From Candidatus Poseidoniaceae archaeon (GTDB taxonomy: Archaea > Thermoplasmatota > Poseidoniia > Poseidoniales > Poseidoniaceae): DNA of 32,000 nucleotides. Below the pieces are notes generated by a model, which saw only the letters and a list, made by a program, of their open reading frames with translations, made no database searches and was not told the origin of the DNA. Shown one piece after another: positions 25,479 through 32,000 of this stretch. The stretch covers positions 480,001-512,000 of the forward strand of contig CALSTM010000001.1 of NCBI GenBank assembly GCA_943789275.1, in the 5' to 3' direction. Each line of letters starts with the position of its first letter. Position 1 is the stretch's first letter. The translations under genes were made by a program, and so were the position numbers.

Positions 25479-27692
25479 ATGGCCCTGAACTCGAGAAGGT
25501 TAAGAGTTCAGACACTGCTTTGCTTAGCAATTTTTCTTCTTAGTTCTGTTTCATCGGTTGCCGGCCAATATTCGGATATTGCCTTTATTGATGTCACCAT
25601 CACACCAGGCGCTGAAGAATCCCGCACGGTCGATATTAACGGGAATGAAACGTATATTGCCAGCGGCTACGATGGCTTGGTTGCGGTTCATTCTCTTGCA
25701 ACTCTTGAAATGGTCGAATCATTTGTTGTTGATGGCGATGTCCTTGACATCAAATTTTCACCCGATGGTTCAATGCTTGCATTTGCCATGTCCGGCTCGG
25801 TCACGGACTCCGACACCATTCAGATCATCGACATGGAATCACTCGCCTTGACCTCGAAACAAAGCGGTTCGAATTCTCGTTCGGAGAGCATACAATGGTC
25901 TCCTGACGGCCATCTTTTAGCCGTCCCAAATTCGAACAATGGAGTGAATTTGTTGAGAACATCGGACATGGAAATCGAGCGAACTCTGAATGGCGAACAC
26001 AACACGAAGGTGACATGCATCGATTTTTCATCGCTTGGGAGTTATATTTTGACGGGTGATGAAAGCGGACGTGTCATCATGTGGTCCCTTGATGGAAACC
26101 CTACTGGTAAACAATGGGACCACGATTCTAAGGTCGTAACATGTGATTTTGATTCGAGCGATGAAAAACTAGCGGTGCTCACAGAACAAGGAGAAATGGC
26201 AATTTGGTCCTTCTCGGGCGGAGCACTTGGTGAGAAAGATTTCGAGGGTGGTGCGGGATTGCATTGGTCCGTGGACGACAAGCAAATTCACATTCTCGAA
26301 ACTGGGCAAGCTCAAAGGATACTTACGATTGATTCATCCTCCTTGGGCGATGTAGTTTCCATTTACCTTGCCCACCAAGGCATGGATTTCGATATTGTTG
26401 AGAACCAGTTTGGAACACGCCAAATGGCGTATGTAGCTACCGATACAGGCCATATTGCCGTGTATGGAGCGGCAGTTTCGGCAGTAGGTCAGGGCGAAAG
26501 TGGAGCCGACTTAGATGGCGATGAAATCCCAGATGAGTATGACGACGACGACGATGGAGATGCGATTCCAGATGCTCGAGACAACAATTGTGAAACCTTC
26601 ACTCAAGCATGCAGCAAAAACCCTGATGTAGAAACGATTCGACAAATCAACATCCGTTTCAATTCGACTGCGATGGTTCTTGAAGATACATTTACTCTCG
26701 ATATAGAACTCTCTTCTGCTGTACGCAATTTATCAAGACGTTCAATTGTGACTGATGCTCAACTGAGCGAAGAAGAGGCGGTTCTCTTTGCAGATGCGAC
26801 CTGTAAAAACATGAATCAAAATCACTACGTGGGTTCGTGGAAAGATGCCATACTCTTGTCTTCAGGACAACTTACAGATGCCCACGTTGAATGCAGCATC
26901 GACCGTGGAATGTCTTTCATCGCCATAAACGACCAAAAAACGCATGTTGCAATAACCTATTCAATACATTTCAACCTCAGTGAAACCGCTGTATATCCGC
27001 TTCAATTTACCCTGAAATCACAGCCAAGAGCTACCGACGCATCTCTAGCACATCATGCCGAATTGCATCCAATCGATGTGACGGCAGATGGTTCAGCAAC
27101 CACACAATTCTACTATTCACCGTGGTGGGTAAGTGAAGGGCCACTAACCGTCACCCTGGAAGAAGTCGACATTGAAGAACCGGATTTCGTTGGTAAAGTC
27201 GCAGATGCATTCAGCAATAATCCTGTGCTCTTTGTTCCTGTCCTCATGCTGATTGCTGCAGGAGTTGTCGTGCTCTTACGAACAAAAAATGCAATGGATC
27301 TCGAACTTGATATGGAAGATGAAGACAAAGCCGAACCGGATGAAAGCGGAGAGTTTGAGAATTCAGAAGAACATGCTGAAAACGATGTTGAAGACGACGG
27401 TGATGATGAACTGGGAGAGACAGATGACGAAGAAATTCAACCTGTTGAAGAAAAACCAGTACGAACTCGCAGAAAGTCAGTACGTCCGAACACATCCTCT
27501 GACGGCCCTATTACAACCGTCAAACGAAGGCGCCTCGACAGTAATATAGCCCAACCGAAAGAAATTTCAAAACGTAAGACGGCATCGAAGAAAAAAGTGG
27601 TCAAAGAAGCACCTGCAAAAAAGAAAGTAAAAACTCGAAGAGTCGTTACATACGCTGACAATGAAAAAGAACAACAGAATGTTGATGATTAA
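25479..27692 (+). CDS. Secreted, C-terminally membrane-anchored WD40-like beta-propeller protein with TSP3-like Asp-rich Ca2+ motif and charged cytoplasmic tail
   Basis: Signal-peptide-like 'MALNSRRLRVQTLLCLAIFLLSSVSSVAG'. WD-like blades: 'VLDIKFSPDGSMLAFA', 'IQWSPDGHLLAV', 'VTCIDFSSLGSYILTGDESGRVIMWSL', 'VVTCDFDSSDEKLAVLTEQGEMAIWSF'. Asp-rich segment 'DLDGDEIPDEYDDDDDGDAIPDARDNNC' at 26508-26591. TM helix 'VLFVPVLMLIAAGVVVLL'. The tail is acidic then Lys-rich ('KKKVVKEAPAKKKVKTRR'). Track start 25467 is TTG. Confidence 0.8.
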   Translation: MALNSRRLRVQTLLCLAIFLLSSVSSVAGQYSDIAFIDVTITPGAEESRTVDINGNETYIASGYDGLVAVHSLATLEMVESFVVDGDVLDIKFSPDGSMLAFAMSGSVTDSDTIQIIDMESLALTSKQSGSNSRSESIQWSPDGHLLAVPNSNNGVNLLRTSDMEIERTLNGEHNTKVTCIDFSSLGSYILTGDESGRVIMWSLDGNPTGKQWDHDSKVVTCDFDSSDEKLAVLTEQGEMAIWSFSGGALGEKDFEGGAGLHWSVDDKQIHILETGQAQRILTIDSSSLGDVVSIYLAHQGMDFDIVENQFGTRQMAYVATDTGHIAVYGAAVSAVGQGESGADLDGDEIPDEYDDDDDGDAIPDARDNNCETFTQACSKNPDVETIRQINIRFNSTAMVLEDTFTLDIELSSAVRNLSRRSIVTDAQLSEEEAVLFADATCKNMNQNHYVGSWKDAILLSSGQLTDAHVECSIDRGMSFIAINDQKTHVAITYSIHFNLSETAVYPLQFTLKSQPRATDASLAHHAELHPIDVTADGSATTQFYYSPWWVSEGPLTVTLEEVDIEEPDFVGKVADAFSNNPVLFVPVLMLIAAGVVVLLRTKNAMDLELDMEDEDKAEPDESGEFENSEEHAENDVEDDGDDELGETDDEEIQPVEEKPVRTRRKSVRPNTSSDGPITTVKRRRLDSNIAQPKEISKRKTASKKKVVKEAPAKKKVKTRRVVTYADNEKEQQNVDD

Positions 27693-28490
27693 TTACCAGG
27701 CGAATTGAGCCCCAGATTCAAGTCCACACGCCTTGGTGAGGAATTCGTTTAACCCAGCCAAGTTTTCTTCGTCGATACGATTGAATACTTCCCCAAAGTA
27801 TCGGTCGAGACGTTCGTAATCAAGATGGGAACGGGTCATAGCCCACTCAATGACGCTTTGCCGTTGAGCGTTACTTTGTTCAAATAAAGTCAAATTGTCC
27901 TTAAGTACTCCATGGGCTTGACGCAACGATTCAATTGGAGTGTCTTTACGTGCAGCGAAGACACCGAAAACCATCGGTTTTTGTGTAAATTGTAACCAGT
28001 CTTGCCCTAAGTCCAGCCGGACCGATTCAGGGAACTTTTTGGCCCCTTCTAAGGCGCGGTCACCGATGAGAAGGGCACCCTCACACTGGTCAAGCATTCC
28101 TTCAAGGTCAGGACCCATGAGGACAAAATCGGGATTCAAGTTTCTTTTCTTCAAAAGATACTTTAGAAGTTGAACAGATGTTGCTGAATCGGTTGGAAGA
28201 GCAATTGATTTCAGTTGGTCAAGCGGTTTGTTTCCGAACACGAGAACGCTACCTACTTCGCCACGACTGCAAATCCCGATATCGGGGAGAAGTATCAATT
28301 CATCAGCATGCCGAGCGTAATCGGCGGCAGGAATGGGTGCCAAAATACAATCCTTACGCAGCAAATGACCGGTGAGCCAAGCAGGTGGCGCAGGTAATAT
28401 GTTCCAATCTGCATCAAGGCCATAGAACAACGGGTCACAATTGAGGAAAGCAACTCTTCCCATCGTTTGCATCCATGTTGAATCTGTCAT
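27693..28490 (-). CDS. mqnA: Chorismate dehydratase MqnA (futalosine pathway)
   Basis: 'GRVAFLNCDPLFYGL', 'ILAPIPAADY', 'GALLIGDRALEG' are MqnA-type motifs of the PF02621 family. It lies 9 nt downstream of the radical SAM gene, with a GAGGAAGAGAG motif before the ATG. Confidence 0.8.
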   Translation of the reverse strand: MTDSTWMQTMGRVAFLNCDPLFYGLDADWNILPAPPAWLTGHLLRKDCILAPIPAADYARHADELILLPDIGICSRGEVGSVLVFGNKPLDQLKSIALPTDSATSVQLLKYLLKKRNLNPDFVLMGPDLEGMLDQCEGALLIGDRALEGAKKFPESVRLDLGQDWLQFTQKPMVFGVFAARKDTPIESLRQAHGVLKDNLTLFEQSNAQRQSVIEWAMTRSHLDYERLDRYFGEVFNRIDEENLAGLNEFLTKACGLESGAQFAW

Positions 28491-28499
28491 CTCTCTTCC

Positions 28500-29714
28500 T
28501 CAGGGGCTAGCCATTTTTAATCCTCTACGAGGTTTAGGCTCCGGTGGTACGAAAATTTCGAACCGTTCGTAAGTGGTGTTTCTCTGTACGGGGACACATC
28601 CAGCATCGGTGATGAGACGAGCAAGTCGAATTCGGTCGTGATCCAAAGGGGTAGTTGAACCAGCCAAATGCATTATTGATTCTTTTTGGACCGTTCCATC
28701 AATGTCATCTGCGCCGTACTGAAGTGCTAATTCGGCTAATTCATCGCCGATGTTCATCCTATACGCCTTGATATGAGGGATTGTATCAAGCATGAGGCGT
28801 GATACTGCAATCGTGCGAAGTATTTCACTTCCGGTTGCAAGTTGAGCCTCTGGAAGACGAGTGTGGTCCGGTAGGAAAGGATAAGGGACAAAACATTGGA
28901 ATCCAGAAGTGTCATCGTTTACTTCACGCAATTGAATCATGTGCATCAGTCGCTGTTCCAAGGTCTCAATGGTACCAAACAACATAGTGCAATTGGTTGG
29001 GATTCCTAACTCGTGTGCAGTACGATGAATCTCAAGATATTCAGATGAACTTTCCTTACCGTTGCAGATGATGGCGCGGACACCGTCATCGAGAATCTCA
29101 GCCCCACCGCCGGGAAGAGAACCAAGACCTGCCGCTTTGAGTTTCGCAAGCGTAACAGAAAAGGAAGTGCCCGAGAGTTGAGAGAGGTGCTTGATTTCAA
29201 CAGCAGTCAACGCCTTGATTGAGACATGGGGGAAACGCTCTCTGGAAGCTTTGAACAACTGCTCATAGTGCTTGATACCCCAGTCTGGGTGGAGACCACC
29301 AACGGAGTGAACTTCGTCAACATGTTCTGCATACTGCCCGAGATCTTCAAGGTAGGCTTCGACATCCAATGCGTAAGCATCCTTTGCTTTCTTAGAGCGG
29401 CGGAATGCGCAGAATTTGCATGCTAAAACACAAATATTTGTTTGGTTAACGTGGACGTTGGAATTAAAGAAAGCGTTGGAGCCAAAGCGGGCAGTACGGA
29501 CACAATTGGCAAGTCTGCCAACTTCAGAAAGATTCGGATGTTGGAAAAGAAGCAGACCGTCCTCTAGGTTGAGCCGCTGACCTCGGGAAATTTTGTTTGC
29601 GACGGGTCGAATGTTTTCGCTCCATGTCTTCGATTCCCCTACGAGTTCTGGTAACAGACTCTTCCAATCAGGATTGGAACCCGCATCGAGAACTGTTGAT
29701 TCCCATCCTGACAT
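28500..29714 (-). CDS. Radical SAM enzyme of the MqnE/MqnC (CofH-like) family: aminofutalosine synthase or cyclic dehypoxanthinyl-futalosine synthase
   Basis: 'NICVLACKFCAF' forms the CxxxCxxC cluster motif. 'HSVGGLHPD', 'SLPGGGAEI' and 'TNCTMLFG' are typical of this subfamily. I cannot distinguish MqnC from MqnE by eye. Confidence 0.85.
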   Translation of the reverse strand: MSGWESTVLDAGSNPDWKSLLPELVGESKTWSENIRPVANKISRGQRLNLEDGLLLFQHPNLSEVGRLANCVRTARFGSNAFFNSNVHVNQTNICVLACKFCAFRRSKKAKDAYALDVEAYLEDLGQYAEHVDEVHSVGGLHPDWGIKHYEQLFKASRERFPHVSIKALTAVEIKHLSQLSGTSFSVTLAKLKAAGLGSLPGGGAEILDDGVRAIICNGKESSSEYLEIHRTAHELGIPTNCTMLFGTIETLEQRLMHMIQLREVNDDTSGFQCFVPYPFLPDHTRLPEAQLATGSEILRTIAVSRLMLDTIPHIKAYRMNIGDELAELALQYGADDIDGTVQKESIMHLAGSTTPLDHDRIRLARLITDAGCVPVQRNTTYERFEIFVPPEPKPRRGLKMASP

Positions 29715-29765
29715 GATTGTTCCTGCTCCACACTGTTTTTCAAGATGTGGTTGAATCCGTAGAAA

Positions 29766-32000
29766 TCAATATCCTTGCTGTACCGCAAAGTAGCGTGATT
29801 TTACAATGAATTTTCTAAACTCTTCAATAATAAAAACGGTAGATGCTACCACAGCGATAACCATCCAATCGGTTGAACTTAGCGTCACCGTTCGTAACAG
29901 TCCACCAATTTCCAGTCCGATAAATGGTAGAGTTAAATTCGAGAGTTGAACAAAGAACAACAGGAGACCAAGTGAGATGAGAATTGCCAGATTAATCGCT
30001 CTGTTCGAGAACAATCCGAGTTGGAAAACGCTGTCGTGACTTGAACGGCAATTGATGACATTGAACAATTGATAGAGAATAAACACCGAGAAAGTCATGG
30101 TTTGAGCGTAGGCAAATTTCTCCGATGCATACGATTCAGCATCAGCCATTGCGGTAGCATCACCGGCAAGACATGCATCGATATCAAAACCAGTGAATGT
30201 AGCAGCATCGGTCATTGGAATCGTATCGCAGGAGGACGGATCAAGACCGCCGCCGGCGAGGAAAAACACGGTCAAAGTGCCAGCAACCATAATGGCTCCA
30301 AGCCAGAAAATAAGAGCAACATCACGGAAATTAGGCAAACCTTCGTTCACGGGACGAGGTGGACGTTCCATGACATTCCCATGCTTTTTCTCCACGCCCA
30401 AAGCAACAGCGGGTGGACCATCCATGAGGATGTTAATGACCAAAATCTGGGTTGCGGTAAGTGGCAACTCCCAAGGCAATACAAGTGTGGAAAGAACAAT
30501 GAGTGCAACTGCAGCAACATTGGTTGAAACTTGGTAACGGACGAAGTTACGTATGTTTTGGTAAATCTTACGCCCTTCTTCAACTGCATGGACAATGTTC
30601 GCAAAGTTATCGTCTTGGAGCACCATGTCTGCGGCATCTTTCGCCACATCCGTACCTGCAATGCCCATAGCAATGCCGATGTTAGCCCGTGACAGGGCAG
30701 GTGCGTCGTTCACTCCGTCACCGGTCATGGCCACAATTTCACCACGTTCCTGCAAACCGGAAACGATACGCATTTTTTGTTCAGGGGTCACACGAGAGAA
30801 AATACTGGCTTGTGTGGCCGCTTCGGCTAATGCTTCGTCGCTCATCGAAGCCAATGCTGCCCCGTTGATTGGTGGGATACCGCCTTCAGTGATGTTGAGT
30901 TCTTTACCGATTGCTTCAGCAGTGTACTGTTGATCACCGGTAATCATCTTGACGCGTATTCCGGCTTTCTGGCAAGTGGCAATCGCATCCTTCACTTCAG
31001 ACCGTGGCGGGTCCATGATTCCGACCAGTCCGAGGAAAATAAAACTCGATTCGACCACGTTGACATCATGGATGTCTTCGTCATCATCAAGGCGACGAGC
31101 ACAGAGGGCAAGAACTCTCATGGCTTGATTTGCCATTTCCTTGTTCGCATTCGATGCTTTTTCAAAGTCCTCAGGGGTAATTGGGACAATCTCACCATCA
31201 ACAACTTTCCATTCCACGAGAGGGACGTATCCGCCAGCCCCACCTTTGGAAAAGACCCAGCGTTCGCCTTCATATTCATGGATCACGGACATACGCTTAC
31301 GTGTTGTATCAAAAAAGAACTCGTGAATTCGAGAATGGCGTTGAGAGAATTTTCGAACATCACCGTTTATTTTCCATCCCAGTACTGCACATGCAGAATC
31401 GGTTGGGTCACCAATAGCTTGCCATTGGCCGTCAACTTTCGAAATTTGAGAATTGTGACACAAAGAGAGGCAGGCTGCCGAAAGTCGGAACGCCAAATCG
31501 CTTTGCAAATCACCCATTCCTTCATTGGTTACTTCCGTGCCGTCCAACGAAAGGTTGCCTACTGGTTTGAAACCCTCTCCAGATACGGTGAACGTCCCAT
31601 AGGTCGAACTAAATTGACGTACCGTCATTTGATTTTTAGTGAGTGTACCGGTTTTATCCGAGCATATTACAGTTGTTGAGCCGAGTGTTTCAACTGCCTT
31701 CATACGACGAATAATGGCCTTGTGACGAGCCATGTTCCGCATCCCTAAAGCAAGCGTAATGACCAAAATAATAGGTAATCCTTCGGGTACAATCGCAACG
31801 AAAATGGCGATGGCTATGATGAATTGGTCGACAGCCACTTCCCAAAGATTATCTTCTGCCACTCCGTAAGCAATGATGAGTTCAATCGAAACCAAAAGAA
31901 CGGCCACGACCAAGGCAATGAAACCTAAAAAGCGGCCAAGTGACTCCAGTTTCATCTCCAACGGGGTTTTCGGTGTTTCAGTGTCGACAATGTTGCTCGC
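29766..32000 (-). CDS. P-type ATPase, P2 (Ca2+-ATPase/PacL/SERCA-like); 5' end lies beyond the window
   Basis: 'ICSDKTGTLT' phosphorylation site, 'PEGLP' (M4), 'MITGDQQYTA', 'MTGDGVNDAPAL', 'TPLEMKLESLG' (M3 entry). The frame stays open to base 32000, so the track's 'M' at 31961 (TTG) is internal. Confidence 0.95.
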   Translation of the reverse strand, partial: ASNIVDTETPKTPLEMKLESLGRFLGFIALVVAVLLVSIELIIAYGVAEDNLWEVAVDQFIIAIAIFVAIVPEGLPIILVITLALGMRNMARHKAIIRRMKAVETLGSTTVICSDKTGTLTKNQMTVRQFSSTYGTFTVSGEGFKPVGNLSLDGTEVTNEGMGDLQSDLAFRLSAACLSLCHNSQISKVDGQWQAIGDPTDSACAVLGWKINGDVRKFSQRHSRIHEFFFDTTRKRMSVIHEYEGERWVFSKGGAGGYVPLVEWKVVDGEIVPITPEDFEKASNANKEMANQAMRVLALCARRLDDDEDIHDVNVVESSFIFLGLVGIMDPPRSEVKDAIATCQKAGIRVKMITGDQQYTAEAIGKELNITEGGIPPINGAALASMSDEALAEAATQASIFSRVTPEQKMRIVSGLQERGEIVAMTGDGVNDAPALSRANIGIAMGIAGTDVAKDAADMVLQDDNFANIVHAVEEGRKIYQNIRNFVRYQVSTNVAAVALIVLSTLVLPWELPLTATQILVINILMDGPPAVALGVEKKHGNVMERPPRPVNEGLPNFRDVALIFWLGAIMVAGTLTVFFLAGGGLDPSSCDTIPMTDAATFTGFDIDACLAGDATAMADAESYASEKFAYAQTMTFSVFILYQLFNVINCRSSHDSVFQLGLFSNRAINLAILISLGLLLFFVQLSNLTLPFIGLEIGGLLRTVTLSSTDWMVIAVVASTVFIIEEFRKFIVKSRYFAVQQGY

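Noticed and set aside
30930-31679. 249-aa plus-strand ORF inside the P-type ATPase gene
   Set aside because: It is antisense to a gene carrying all P-type ATPase signature motifs, and I recognised no motifs in it.
1-32000. CRISPR arrays, IS elements, prophage or known defence systems
   Set aside because: I noticed no regularly spaced direct repeats, no transposase, integrase or cas-like ORFs, and no terminal inverted repeats. The only repeats seen are short intragenic duplications and two small intergenic motifs.

Overview
Dense, almost fully coding chromosomal segment from an archaeon. The archaeal assignment rests on aMBF1, the proteasome-activating nucleotidase PAN, primase PriS, Tsr3, and a TATA-type element upstream of the tRNA. 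Strongly acidic proteins plus aerobic heterotroph gene content suggest a marine planktonic euryarchaeon (Marine Group II/III-like); this is inference only. I call 27 CDS (one cut by the window end) and one tRNA-Val(GAC). I saw no rRNA, CRISPR array, transposase, integrase or recognisable defence genes.

Recognisable content:
- THF-dependent histidine catabolism: hutH, a long-form hutU, and a split formimidoyltransferase/cyclodeaminase.
- An FdhD / YdeP-like molybdoenzyme / MFS operon.
- Housekeeping genes: tsr3, mbf1, pan, metG, priS.
- Futalosine-pathway menaquinone genes: mqnA, a MqnC/E-type radical SAM gene, and a MqnD-like gene.
- A CNNM-type transporter and a P2-type (Ca2+-like) ATPase.

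Several ORF-track starts are TTG/GTG extensions. I trimmed them to downstream ATGs that have SD-like motifs.

Most interesting observations:
1. A 164-aa protein that looks like exactly one half of eukaryotic deoxyhypusine hydroxylase. It carries two His-Glu iron motifs and is translationally coupled to the MqnD-like gene.
2. A cytoplasm-facing membrane protein with a double zinc ribbon, four canonical EF-hands and poly-acidic tracts. It has a small zinc-ribbon partner and a divergently transcribed DUF835 (inactive KaiC-like) protein.
3. A tight three-gene cassette downstream of priS: a Pro-rich/coiled-coil/twin-repeat protein, an RDD-like membrane protein with a histone-H1-like AKP tail, and a membrane-anchored alpha/beta hydrolase.

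All family assignments come from motif recognition by eye. No database search was run.
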